Source: Pecten maximus (lineage: Eukaryota). Taken from it: a stretch of 64,000 nt of DNA. This document shows positions 13,194 through 26,030 of the stretch, piece after piece (positions within the stretch are counted from its first letter, which is position 1; each line of letters opens with the position of its first letter). The position numbers and the translations under genes are program-made. The stretch covers positions 40,300,001-40,364,000 of the forward strand of contig NC_047025.1 in assembly GCF_902652985.1 (NCBI RefSeq), read 5' to 3'. The notes beneath the pieces were generated by a model. The model was not told the origin of the DNA, made no database searches, and was given only the letters and a program-made list of their open reading frames with translations.

Positions 13194-13915
13194 TCATTAA
13201 AACTAGACTAAGGTCAGCAGGAAGTAGTATCATTAAAACTAGACTTAGGTCAGCAGGAAAAAGACGTATCGTTAAAACTAGACTAAGGTCAGCAGGAAGT
13301 AGTATCATCAAAACTAGACTAAGGTCAACAGGAAGTAGTATCATTAAAACCAGACTAAGGTCAGCAGGAAGTAGTATCATTAAAACTAGACTAAGGTCAG
13401 CAGGAAGTAGTATCATTAAAACTAGACTAAGGTCAGCAGGAAGTAGTATCATTAAAACTAGACTTAAATCAGTAGGAAGTAGTATCATTAAAACCAGACT
13501 AAGGTCAGCAGGAAGTAGTATCATTAAAACCAGACTAAGGTCAGCAGGAAGTAGTATCATTAAAACTAGACTAAGGTCAACAGGAAGTAGCATCATTAAA
13601 ACCAGACTAAGGTCAGCAGGAAGTAGTATCATTAAAACTAGACTAAGGTCAACAGGAAGTAGTATCATTAAAACTAGACTAAGGCCAACAGGAAGTAGTA
13701 TCATTAAAACTAGACTAAGGTCAGCAGGAAGTAGTATCATTAAAACTAGACTAAGGTCAGCAGGAAGTAGTATCATTAAAACCAGACTAAGGTCAACAGG
13801 AAGTAGTAATTAAAACTAGACTAATGGTCAGCAGGAAGTAGTATCATTAAAACTAGACTAATGTCAGCAGGGAAGTAGTATCATCAAAACTAGACTTAAG
13901 TCAGTAGGAATTGCA
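13194..13915. repeat. 36-bp minisatellite, ~20 copies
   Basis: aaactagactaaggtcagcaggaagtagtatcatta. Confidence 0.95.
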
Positions 13916-15066
13916 GTATCATCTATGATATGTTAGTAATGCTGATCTTGTCACACTTAATACTGCTATATATCTTATATACATGTATTATAAACTTGAT
14001 CAGCCTCATTCTCACTAATTGGCATGGTTGATAGGTTTCCACCTGGAAACATACCTGTATAAATGTGTCTATCTGTTAAGAACATGTGTTTAGTCAAACA
14101 TTGTACAGGCAAATACAATATAACAATATCTAATATACAACAAACAAACAAAACATTCTAAGCTAGAATAATTGAAAAATAATCACAGTAACCTGATTTA
14201 GGAAATTCTAAAATTTTGTGCCAAAGTCAAACAAGTTTAATTAAAGTAACAATTTATTTGTAACAATTCATTATTTGTAACAATCAGCTATTATTATAAT
14301 ATTTTTTCAAAGTATTAAGAACATTTACCTTACATTTGAAATATAACCATTAGTCATCAAAATGATTAAGAAAAGTTTAGCATTGACTGCAGCGTTTGAA
14401 AAATTAACCAAATTGCAAATGTACACAATTTTTTAGTGGCCATGCAGGCACCTTATAGGTCAATAACTGGTCGCCAATGGTGAATTTAAGGTGGCATGGC
14501 CACTAAAATAGGCGTCACTTTGAGCCCTGTAAAAGATAAACAAACAGTTGTCCAATCTTTAAAAATAAAAAGAAGTTGTATTTATTTCGTTGTTCAGAAA
14601 AGTAAACAACAAATGTTCATACACAACAAACATTTCATGTTCTACAGCTTCCAGATTTAGCATCTTGTCACTAAAACGTCGTGTCACTGGCCACACTTCA
14701 ACACAGTCAAGGGTTATCTCCCTTATATCACAAACTGAACACAATCTATAATAGGATGTAAACTTTTAATGAAACAATGATTTCTAATTAACATCTAATT
14801 AACCCCCAATATGATTTGTTAGCAATAATATTAAGTTTATATATGGATATATACACAATGAGACCTATAGGTCAAGGCAAGTTTTACAACCGGTTACCAC
14901 TGTCAATGTTCAGTACTGTAAAATTTAACTGTAACCGATATCTGCTCTTCTCTCTGTTTTGTGCAAAAAGAAATAACTTTTTGCACAAATATGAGATCTG
15001 TAATCACTGAAAAGCTGGGATACAAATTAATGTATGTCAATGAGCATGCTGCTCATTCTGTCTTCA

Positions 15067-15630
15067 CTACAGTGCTAATTTAAAGAGCGTGTTGCCTACA
15101 ATTAGAAAATAGTGAAGGAAGTCTACTTTTGGAATGTCCAGCAATTTACCATCAGAACCAAAAAGAATGCCAGCAGCTGCATACACGAAACAAGCTCCGA
15201 AGCCAAACCAGTTTTTGTTCATCGCACACAATGTTGCCATGGTGAGGATGGAGAACCCTGATACAGCCTGTGAACAAAGTTCTCGGTTCTTGGGTGGGAG
15301 GAAGAACACCACTAACAGGATACAAACAATAAATATTGAGATCTTATTGGCCAGGGCTGCTGATCCATACTTGTAACAAAACATGAGTGCAATCATAGGG
15401 ACACCGATAGCACCAGCTGACCAGGACAGGAATTTGTGGGCGTTATAGATAATGGTTCCCTGTGGTTGTTCCATGGCAAAACGGAAGATCCCCATGGATG
15501 CTGCACAGCCTTGTATGAACATCCCAATGGCTGCATTGTTGTATTTGTGTTCGTACCAGTAGTATGATACATAGAAGGCCGATATAGCCAGCATCAAATC
15601 GGACAACGAAGTGCTTAGCTGGCGAGGCAT
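15067..15630 (-). CDS. TMEM276: Transmembrane protein 276-like multi-pass membrane protein, 187 aa, single coding exon
   Basis: Intact hydrophobic ORF. STSLSDLML, AAIGMFIQGCAA, WSAGAIGVPMIALMF and LLDIPKVDFLHYFLIVGNTLFKLAL parallel human TMEM276 as I recall it (STALSHLVL, AAAGFLLQVLAA, WVATVIGLPLLAFDF, LLLPKEDVCRWALAVGSWAYCRAL). Acceptor ttttcag at 15650, 19 nt before the ATG; candidate 5'UTR donor CAG|GTAAGT at ~16921. Confidence 0.8.
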   Translation of the reverse strand: MPRQLSTSLSDLMLAISAFYVSYYWYEHKYNNAAIGMFIQGCAASMGIFRFAMEQPQGTIIYNAHKFLSWSAGAIGVPMIALMFCYKYGSAALANKISIFIVCILLVVFFLPPKNRELCSQAVSGFSILTMATLCAMNKNWFGFGACFVYAAAGILFGSDGKLLDIPKVDFLHYFLIVGNTLFKLAL

Positions 15631-17660
15631 GTTCTATTTTACCTGTGACCTGAAAATTAAAATAGTTACAATAAAAAACATGAAGCAGAAAAACAATGTA
15701 GTTGCACATATATATACAAAATGTATACAGAAAGGAAAAAGAAACCCAGCTAGAAATTGTCCTGTGTAGGGGAAATAAGACATAATAGAATGTAATGATG
15801 GTTTGATTGAAAGATAATGAACTTCTGAACAAAAGATGACGGTTGTGAATAAGTGCCTGTTGTTTCATCATCCACCAGGGCATGCACATCACCTTGGACC
15901 TGCCGGGGTTTGTAGCCCTTAGAACCAAGGTTATGTTCCCTTGTCACTATAAAGGGTACCTTCCCCTATATCCCATCCTCACTAGTCAAGAGTCATGATC
16001 CTACTCCTCTTCAAAAGGCAGAATGTAGGAGTAGGTAGATCATAGAAGTAGGCAGATGTAAACCTTGGCTAGTGAAGATGCCTATGACCTAATTGATCCT
16101 TGCCAATAAATGTTCAAGGTATCCATTACTAGACAAGTTACAAGATAAAAATTAAATTCCATGCAGATTAAATTAAAAACCTGATGGAAGCATTGTATCA
16201 GCATACCCTGCTGGAGAGCAGCGTAGGCAGGGTATGAATATTTGTTCTAATACTAATACTGTAATGACCGACCAACCAGAGCATCCTCCTATAACTTCCA
16301 GTTCTCAATCTGTTCAAGAAGTTGTGCTTGCTGTTTTGTGATGTTTCAAGATTTGTTAATGAATGCAATTAATAGTTGCTGTGTTGTGCATTCACATGGA
16401 CTTGTTCAGGCGTTAACAAAATATCGTCAATCCCCCTCCCCCCTCCCCCCAAAGGTGGTAATATATATAATTTAAACCAGGAGGTCCATTGGAAAACGAC
16501 GATTGGAGAGCTTATGGACACCGATGGGATAATGCAAGTTCAAAACCCTGATCCCCGGAAGTATCATGCGAAGTACGTGCAATCCTAATTCCGTGTCCCT
16601 GAAATTGCATTTTTCGAAGACATTGATTGCAACTTTCATAATCAGAATCGAGCTGATTATCACCATGGTGGCAACACGCCATCTCCTCATTAACAATTCT
16701 ACAGGCAGCTTATAAATCAATAACTGGAGCTGTTCAGGACGATCATTTGTCGACTGCATGTCACAATAATAATAACATACCGTACGAGAGACGGTGACAT
16801 TGACTCGGCCTACGTGCTGCTGAGATATGGGTTTGCGATATTGTCATAAACTCCACAAAAGTCATCGCGTGTTGTGACGACAAAATATTTTGAAATATGA
16901 CCAAAGTCTGTTCCAACTTACCTGTATGAGACTGGACTGCACACCTCTCGCAGCAAAACGCGTCTAACACTACAAACATCAGTAGTACTACACGCTCGCA
17001 ATGAAGGTCAAAGGGCAGAGTTTACCTTGGCACACGATCTCTTTCCGGGCTGCAAAGGATTCGTAACGCAGAGATTTTTTGTCAAGCATTTTATTTATTG
17101 CCAAACCCTGTGACAATAACCCGCACAATCCCTATCAACTATAGAGATAATGATATATATATATTTATATAAATATTATAAATATAATTTACAATGCTTT
17201 GGGGGGGTGGGGGTGGGGGGTTGGGGTTGGTTTGGGGGGGGGGGGGGGGGGGGGTTTGGTAAAAACGAAAAAAGGGGTGGTGGGGTTTTAGAAATAAAGG
17301 ACTAAAATTTTGTTATTATGGGGGGGGGGGGGGGGGGGGGGGGGGATAAAATATTTGAATAAAAAAAACTGAAAAAAAAATTCTGGTGGGTGTTTTAGAA
17401 ATAAAGGACTGCGTGCGCTAGGATTTGATGCTTGTTTGATAAATGGGTTGGTATTGAAAATTTCATTTCCGACATAGTTCCGGATGCCTACTCCGCATAA
17501 TTATACAGATATCACATACAATATCTCAAATTTATCCAGTCTATTGTTAAATATTTTAATATTTGGAGCAGATACAATGTCTTCTGATGAGCGGTTCCAC
17601 ATTTTTTAAAGTTCTTATTGTGAAACTATTTTCTCTCCGGTTAATTTGTCCTGTGCTGTT

Positions 17661-17691
<31 letters not shown>

Positions 17692-18176
17692 ATCTTGAAA
17701 TGACCTCGATCACTATGTCTGTGTCCTGTGTTCATCCAAAGCTTGACAAACTTACAAGATTTCCTTATCGTAAATACCACTTGTGATTTTGTAAAGTTCT
17801 ATCAAATAGCCTCTTATCCTTCTGTAGATTAGAGTTGGTAGTTTTAGTTTCTGTAGTCTCCCTTGGTATGTCAGATCCTTCATCCCTGGTAGACTTGTTG
17901 TGGCCCTTCTTTTGGACAGATTCAATTTTTTCTATATCCTTTACTTTGATAGGTGTTCACACCGAACTTGCATAGCCTAATTGTGACCCTACCAAGCTTT
18001 TGTATAGTCGAAGAACAGTTTTGGAGTTCATAAATTGAAATGTTCTTCTCAAAGAGTCCGAAATTTTTTTTTTCTTTCTTTTTTCTTTTCTTTCTTTTTC
18101 TGACTTTTTCACTGATGTGGTTTTCAAAAGTTAATTCAGAGTCTATGGTTACTCCAAAATCTTTTTCTTTATTTGT

Positions 18177-18814
18177 TACGGTGGCTGATTTGTTGCCATT
18201 TCGTTATTTGGTCTTTTCGCCCCGAAAAGACGAAAATGAAATATCTAAATTCTCGTTCTTTCGTCTTTTCGCCCCGAAAAGACGAGAATTAACAAACTTT
18301 AATTCTCGTCTTTTCGCCCCGAAAAGACGACAAGTCATACGCGAAAAGACGAAATTAATGCACGCTAATTAGCGACCTTAATTCTCGTCTTTTCGGGTTT
18401 AAAAATCTCGTCTTTTCGCCCCGAAAACACGAAATTTAACAAACCTTAATTCTCGTCTTTTCGTGTTTTCGGGGCGAAAAGACGAGAATTAAGGTTTGTT
18501 AATTGTTTTTACCTGGAGCAATATATGGTTATCAAAAATACATCCCGAAAAATGTAAACATATGCCAGTCGGTCAAAATACAGCACAAATAGAGGGATCA
18601 AGATCAACATACCAGTTACTAGGGAGTGAGCTACAAGTTACAAATAAAGAAGTTACAAATTACAGGTGGCTGATTTGAAAAGACGAGAATTAAAGTTTGT
18701 TAATTCTCGTCTTTACGGGGCGAAAAGACGAAAGAACGAGAATTTAGATATTTCCTTTTCGTCTTTTCGGAGTGAAAAGACGAAATAACGAAATGGCACA
18801 AATCAGCCACCGTA
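18177..18814. mobile_element. Non-autonomous TIR element with TACGG termini and 6-bp TSD (IS3EU-like), inserted in the LINE
   Basis: atttgt|TACGGTGGCTGATTTG ... CAAATCAGCCACCGTA|atttgt; internal palindromic repeats cgtcttttcgccccgaaaagacg. Confidence 0.8.
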
Positions 18815-20441
18815 ATTTGTAACTTCTTTATTTGTAACTTCTTTATTTGTAACTTGTATATGCTCAATCCCTAGTAACTGGTATGTTGGTTGATCTTGAT
18901 CCCTCTATTTTTGCTGTATTTTGACCGACTGGCATATGTTTACATTTTTCGGGATGTATTTTTGATAACCATATATTGCTCCAGGTTATCATGGTATTCA
19001 AATCCTCTTGCAGTATAACGTTATCTTCCTCCTTGGTAAAAACTCGAAAATGTTTTGTATAGTCTGCGAATAGAAACATATCTGATTTCACAAAATCAGG
19101 TAAATCATTTACAAACATAACAAAAAGTAACGGTCCCAGAACTGATCCTTGTGGAATACCTGATGTAACATCTTTCTATTCAGATTGTGTATCATTTATT
19201 CTTACTTTCTTCCATTTTAAAACTTGATATCCAGCTGATCTGGTCAGAAATGTTGTATGATCTTATTTTACTTAATAACATTTTGTGTAGTACTGTATCA
19301 AAAGCTTTCTGATAGTCCATATATATGCAATCAATCCCATAACCTTTATCCATAGCATCTGTCCATTTATCCAGCACTTCCAATAATTGTAATAAGGTCG
19401 ATCGACCCGATATAAATCCATATTGTCTAGGAGAGAACAGTTCAGTTGATAACATATATGTATTGATATACTCACGAATACTGGTTTCCGTGACCTTACA
19501 TATTACGGATGTGAGGCTGACTGGCCTGTAGTTCCCTGCTACCTTTTTGTCTCCCTTATATATTGCACACACTCGGGCATGCTTCCAATCGTTCGGGATG
19601 GTTCCCTCTCTAAGTGTTTGATTGAAGGTTTAGGCTAGTGGTATTGATATAGCTGAGGCAGTCTTCTTTAGGAATTCTGGGTGTATTTCATCTAAACCTG
19701 GTGATTTATTAGGATTTATTTTTTTTAGTACCTTGGTAACCATTTCACTGGTGATCAAAAGGGTTGTCATTTCTCTGGTGGTTCATTTCGTCTCTACTTT
19801 TGGTATTATTCCTTTTTCATCTTTGACAAATACGTCCCGGAAAAAGTTTGCTAATATGTCTGCATTAGCTTTGTTAGATGTGGATTTTTTTTTATTTATT
19901 ATCCTCAGGATGTTCGTATAACTCTACAATTTCTTCCTTTACTTTGGATTTAGTGTATATACATGTATATTTCCATATTAATTTATATTTCGATTTTGTA
20001 GCTAACGATTGTTCAAATTCCTTGCGAAGTTTTCTTGTCTTCAGTTTGACTCGGTTCCTTACTTTGTTATATTGTCTCTTTACTTCAGGATCTGGTGTTT
20101 CTGCTACCTTTTTTTGGAGAGAGCATGTTTCAGTCTGATTTTTGCGAGTGTATCCATATCTACAGGGAATTGATGTTTGCTGTTCTTGCTAGTTTTGATA
20201 ATTCTTGTTGGCTTATGCTTATCGACTAACTTTTTGATTATGCTCTTGAAGGTTTGCCTGATCGTTTATTACATCCCTCCAGTTGGTATCCCTGATTTGA
20301 GTGTTAATTTGTTTGTAATTAACTTTAGAATAATACTTTATGTTTCTGCCTTTTACCGTTGTACTTCAATCAATGTCCATATAAAGTACACTATGGTCAC
20401 TCTTTCCCAGCGGGCTATGGTATCCTATTGATGAAATACAC

Positions 20442-20539
20442 CACAGGTGCCTGACTCGTTTTATAAAATAATAACATATAGAGTACATATAAATGAGATA
20501 TATATGTTATTATTTTATAAAACGAGTCAGGCACCTGTG
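20442..20539. mobile_element. 98-bp foldback MITE with 7-bp TSD (P-like CA..TG termini)
   Basis: aatacac|CACAGGTGCCTGACTCGTTTTATAAAATAATAACATATA ... TATATGTTATTATTTTATAAAACGAGTCAGGCACCTGTG|aatacac. Confidence 0.85.
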
Positions 20540-20869
20540 AATACACGTGTAGTGTTATTATTGTTAGTTATTAGAAGATCCGAAACATGAGGTGTATCAT
20601 TTCCTCTCCATCCTGTAGGCTTGTTAATTGTTTGTAGTAAGAAGTTGTCCTGTAAACAATTAAGAAACATGTACTCCTGTGATTCGATGCTGTCACCTTT
20701 TGTATTCCACAAATCCCAGTTGATATTAGGGTAATTGAAATCTCCCAAAATGACTAGGTTAGTGTAGTTTTTTGTCGATACTTCGCTGATCAGTTATATT
20801 TGTACAGTATATTCAATAGAAATATCTCTAGATCTATACGAATATATCTAATTTGATCATTGATCATAA

Positions 20870-21745
20870 TCCCAAGCAACAGTGGTACCCTGAAGTCTTG
20901 GTACACGTATGTCACGTGTCCGTGAAGCACTCGTGTTGATTGGATGAGATGGTTGTACGGACATGTCCCTTCAGACCCACCTCTGACAAGGTCTCCGAGT
21001 CTGACGTCTTACTTAGAATCTCGATTTATACTTTGTGTTGAGCATTCTTGCTAGCCTTATTCTGAGCATCTTGATAAGCTACATCCTTCTAAGTATAGTA
21101 TATCGTAGAGGAGCGGAAATTACAAGTCTAATTTTAATTGGATTGCATCCTTCCTATTCCGGAGTTTCCCCGACACGTACAGGAGCTCGGATAACTTCAC
21201 CCTGCTGACCGGGTCAGTTCTTATGAAAGCGTCCACCGATAATTTGGGTACCACCTAGATATAAGAAAGTGTGGAGAACACCCCATGGCATTGTTTCGGG
21301 TTGTATTGTAGGCCAGGATCAATGGCGCTACATGGGACCTCCAAACATTTTTATTGGACACATCTCGGTAGGGACATATAAACTATCTTATTATATGTCC
21401 CTTATCTTGGGTAGCGAGCATCCATGTTAGTGTTTTATTGGACCTCTCCACAGAGCCATTTCCCATGGGATGGTATGGAGTTGTTCCAGATTTCTTAACT
21501 AACTCCGGCCACTTTGCAAAGTTTGATAACCTCGCTTTCAAAGTTATGACCCTGATCACGAAGGAACCTTTCTTGTGTCTACAGGGTATGGCTAGAGTAT
21601 ACCTAGTAAAGTGACCAGTGGTTACTAGAACACATTCTGACCCATCTGATGACCGTTTGAGACCCAGGAAGTCAATACGAGGATATCTGACTGTTTTGGT
21701 AACACCAGCTGTCTGGAATCCTGACCGTCAAGAGAAATGGTGCGA
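20870..21745 (-). mobile_element. Gypsy/Ty3 LTR-retrotransposon integrase remnant
   Basis: Manual minus-strand translation: IDFLGL..VLVTTGHFTRY, DQGHNFESEVI, TTPYHPMGNGSVER; disrupted. Confidence 0.8.
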
Positions 21746-22603
21746 AACAGAACACCGTTCTGTAAAACTCAGCCTAATGTAAAAGGATTAATAGCATATT
21801 ACAATTGTTGTAGCACTATTTAAAACTGACCTATACATCGGGATCAACTTATATAAATAAAAACAAGAACACGATAAAATACACACCAATATCGTCACGC
21901 GGTCTTCCCACTCAACCAGGAAATGGTGACCTATCGTGTGGGGCCAGTACATCCGGCTTGTGGCTTTTAGTGATTTCACTGGTAGGTAGCTGATGTATTA
22001 AATAGATAAATAATTCAGTATAGCATCCAATAGTTTAGAGCATGATATGTGTTATCTGCTCACGCACAAGAACCCTTCACCACGAAATCAAACTAATTAG
22101 ATTGACCATGAATGTTACCGCGAAAAAGTGAAAAATAGCGGCGTTTTTGTTTGTGTCGTGGCGTAAACGCAACAATTATGACATCAATGTAAACAGTGTC
22201 CTAATGAGCGACCTTAAGTTAACGATGTTGAAGAAGGGTTAGAACTGCCCGACATAAATCATGAACTTATGTCGTTTTTGAAGAGATTTCAAAAGCGTAT
22301 TGGATTTATTCTAAGCATATCTTCTCCTTGAAGTTGATGGTGGTGTTATTTTCACTCCAGCTTCGTATACTGTACGTTTATATTTTCTTAGAGGTAGATT
22401 TTTTTTTAAATTTCCCTTTGGGAGCTACGAGTGATGATTGGTATGTTGCGAGCCTCGTATTGAAGGAGGTACTCAAGGACGTTTTTTTAGTCCTACTATT
22501 CTCTGACTATATAGGGCCGTGTACCCAAGGACTGGTCTCATTTGGTTAGTTTATATCGAGGAAGTAGCAATCTAAAGTAAACAAGACGAGCGGCTTTTGC
22601 AAA

Positions 22604-22835
22604 ATGGACAAAATCGGTAAAAGAACAGTGATCCAATATTTGCATGGTTTATCACCTAAGGATATCCATAATGATATGGTAGCAACACTAGGGAAAGATG
22701 CCCCTTCATATGCTTCAGTGAAAAGGTGGGTGGCGGAGTTTAAGCGCGGCTGACAGAGCCTTGAGGATGACCCCCGTCCTGGAAGGCCTGGCAATGTTCC
22801 CATCCCTGAAAATGAACATAAAGATATTAAGCCAG
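22604..22835 (+). pseudogene. Mariner (Mos1/Hsmar-type) transposase N-terminal HTH fragment
   Basis: MDKIGKRTVIQYLHGLSPKDIHNDMVATLGKDAPSYASVKRWVAEFKRG*QSLEDDPRPGRP; internal stop; truncated by the adjacent array. Confidence 0.85.
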
Positions 22836-22871
22836 AAGACTTGGCATTACACAGGAAAAAGTACAGTGACA

Positions 22872-25800
22872 TTACCAGTAACAATGTCCAGGCCTGGAGC
22901 TGTGGGTAACCAGTAACATTGTCTGGGCCTTGAGCTGTGGGCACCAGTAACATTGTCCAGGCCTGGAGCTGTGGGTAACCAGTAACATTGTCTGGGCCTT
23001 GAGCTGTGGGTAACCAGTAACATTGTCCAGGCTTGGAACTGTGGGTAACAGTAACATTGTCCGGGCCTGGATCTGTGAGTAACCAGTAACAATGTCCAGG
23101 CCTGGAGCTGTGGGTAACCAGTAACATTGTCTGGGCCTGGAGCTGTGGGTAACCAGAAACATTGTCCAGGCTTGGAACTGTGTGTAACCAGTAACATTGT
23201 CCAGGCTTGGAACTGTGGGTAACAGTAACATTGTCCGGGCCTGGTGCTGTGAGTAACCAATAACATTGTCCAGGCCTGGAGCTGTTGGCACCAGTAACAT
23301 TGTCCGGGCCTGGTGCTGTGAGTAACCAGTAACATTGTCCAGGCCTGGAGCTGTTGGCACCAGTAACATTGTCCGGACCTGGGGCTGTGGGTAACCAGAA
23401 ACATTGTCCAAGCTTGGAACTGTGGGTAACCAGTAACATTGTCCGGGCCTGGAGCTGTGGGCACCAGTAACATTGTCCAGACTTGGAGCTGTGGGCACTA
23501 GTAACATTGTCCCGGCCTGGAACTGTGGGTAACCAGTAACATTGTCCTGGCCTGGAGCTGTGGGTAACTAGTAACATTGTCCCGGCCTGGAACTGTAGGT
23601 AACCAGTAACATTGTCTGGGCCTGGAGCTGTGGGTAACCAGTAACATTGTCCAGGCCTGGACCTGTGGGCACCAGTAACAGTAACATTGTCCAGGCCTGG
23701 ACCTGTGGGCACCAGTAACAGTAACATTGTCCAGGTCTGGAGCTGTGGGTAACCAGTAACATTGTCTAGGTCTGGATCTGTGGGTAACCAGTAACATTGT
23801 CCAGGCCCGGAGCTGTGGGTAACCAGTAACATTGTCCAGGCCCGGAGCTGTGGGTAACCATAACATTGTCTGGGCCTGGTGCTGTGAGTAACCAGTAACA
23901 TTGTCTGGGCCTGGTGCTGTGGGTAACCAGTGACATTGTCCAGGTCTGGAGCTGTGGATAACCAGTAACATTGTCCAGGCCTGGAGCTGTGGGTAACCAG
24001 TAACATTGTCCAGGCCTGGAGATGTGGGTAACCAGTAACATTGTCTGGGCCTGGTGCTGTGAGTAACCAGTAACATTGTCCAGGCCTGGTGCTGTGGGTA
24101 ACCATAACATTGTCCAGGTCTGGAGCTGTGGGTAACCAGTAACATTGTCCGGGCCTGGTGCTGTGGGTAACCAGTAACATTGTCCAGGCCTGGTGCTGTG
24201 GGTAACCAGTAACATTGTCCAGGCCTGGAGCTGTGGGTAACCAGTAACATTGTCTGGGCCTGGAGCTGTGGGTAACCAGAAACATTGTCCAGGCTTGGAA
24301 CTGTGTGTAACCAGTAACATTGTCCAGGCTTGGAACTGTGGGTAACAGTAACATTGTCCGGGCCTGGTGCTGTGAGTAACCAATAACATTGTCCAGGCCT
24401 GGAGCTGTTGGCACCAGTAACATTGTCCGGGCCTGGTGCTGTGAGTAACCAGTAACATTGTCCAGGCCTGGAGCTGTTGGCACCAGTAACATTGTCCGGA
24501 CCTGGGGCTGTGGGTAACCAGAAACATTGTCCAGGCTTGGAACTGTGGGTAACCAGTAACATTGTCCGGGCCTGGAGCTGTGGGCACCAGTAACATTGTC
24601 CAGACTTGGAGCTGTGGGCACTAGTAACATTGTCCCGGCCTGGAACTGTGGGTAACCAGTAACATTGTCCTGGCCTGGAGCTGTGGGTAACTAGTAACAT
24701 TGTCCCGGCCTGGAACTGTGGGTAACCAGTAACATTGTCTGGGCCTGGAGCTGTGGGTAACCAGTAACATTGTCCAGGCCTGGACCTGTGGGCACCAGTA
24801 ACAGTAACATTGTCCAGGCCTGGACCTGTGGGCACCAGTAACAGTAACATTGTCCAGGTCTGGAGCTGTGGGTAACCAGTAACATTGTCTAGGTCTGGAT
24901 CTGTGGGTAACCAGTAACATTGTCCAGGCCCGGAGCTGTGGGTAACCAGTAACATTGTCCAGGCCCGGAGCTGTGGGTAACCATAACATTGTCTGGGCCT
25001 GGTGCTGTGAGTAACCAGTAACATTGTCTGGGCCTGGTGCTGTGGGTAACCAGTAACATTGTCCAGGTCTGGAGCTGTGGGTAACCAGTAACATTGTCCA
25101 GGCCTGGAGATGTGGGTAACCAGTAACATTGTCTGGGCCTGGTGCTGTGAGTAACCAGTAACATTGTCCAGGCCTGGTGCTGTGGGTAACCATAACATTG
25201 TCCAGGTCTGGAGCTGTGGGTAACCAGTAACATTGTCCGGGCCTGGTGCTGTGGGTAACCAGTAACATTGTCCAGGCCTGGTGCTGTGGGTAACCAGTAA
25301 CATTGTCCAGGCCTGGAGCTGTGGGTAACCAGTAACATTGTCTGGGCCTGGTGCTGTGGGTAACCAGTAACATTGTCCAGGCCTGGAGCTGTGGATAACC
25401 AGTAACATTGTCCAGGCCTGGTGCTGTGGGTAACCAGTAACATTGTCTGGGCCTGGTGCTGTGAGTAACCAGTAACATTGTCCAGGCCTGGTGCTGTGGG
25501 TAACCATAACATTGTCCAGGTCTGGAGCTGTGGGTAACCAGTAACATTGTCCGGGCCTGGTGCTGTGGGTAACCAGTAACATTGTCCAGGCCTGGTGCTG
25601 TGGGTAACCAGTAACATTGTCCAGGCCTGGAGCTGTGGGTAACCAGTAACATTGTCTGGGCCTGGTGCTGTGGGTAACCAGTAACATTGTCCAGGCCTGG
25701 AGCTGTGGATAACCAGTAACATTGTCCAGGCCTGGTGCTGTGGGTAACCAGTAACATTGTCCGGGCCTGGTGCTGTGGGTAACCAGTAACATTGTCCAGG

Positions 25801-26030
25801 CCTGGAGCTGTGGGTAACCAGTAACATTGTCCAGGCCTGGAGCTGTGGATAACCAGTAACATTGTCCAGGCCTGGAGCTGTGGGTAACCAGTAACATTGT
25901 CCAGGCCTGGAGCTGTGGGTAACCAGTAACATTGTCCAGGTCTGGAGCTGTGGGTAACCAGTAACATTGTCCAGGTCTGGAGCTGTGGGTAACCAGTGGA
26001 CAATGTTACTTGTGCCCACAGCTCCAGGTG
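22872..26030. repeat. 35-bp minisatellite, ~90 copies, with a 1123-bp higher-order duplication and an inverted terminal unit
   Basis: gtaacattgtccaggcctggagctgtgggtaacca; source of the 799/694/474/422-aa pseudo-ORFs. Confidence 0.95.

Larger units (their letters stand above)
17420..20790 (-). mobile_element. Degraded CR1/L2-group LINE ORF2 (APE endonuclease plus reverse transcriptase) with nested insertions
   Basis: GDFNYPNINW, NYRPVSLTSVICK, CIYMDYQKAFDTV, SGIPQGSVLGPLLF, FADYTK, EKDFGVTIDSELTFENHI, FTIRTLKMWN; frameshifts and stops throughout. Confidence 0.9.

Noticed and set aside
12105-13776. ORFs of 317, 182 and 197 aa
   Set aside because: Products of the 29-bp and 36-bp repeats.
17200-17690. 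Long poly-G tracts (also ~8908-8931) as G-quadruplex regulators
   Set aside because: Lie within or beside degraded repeats, and homopolymer lengths are unreliable.
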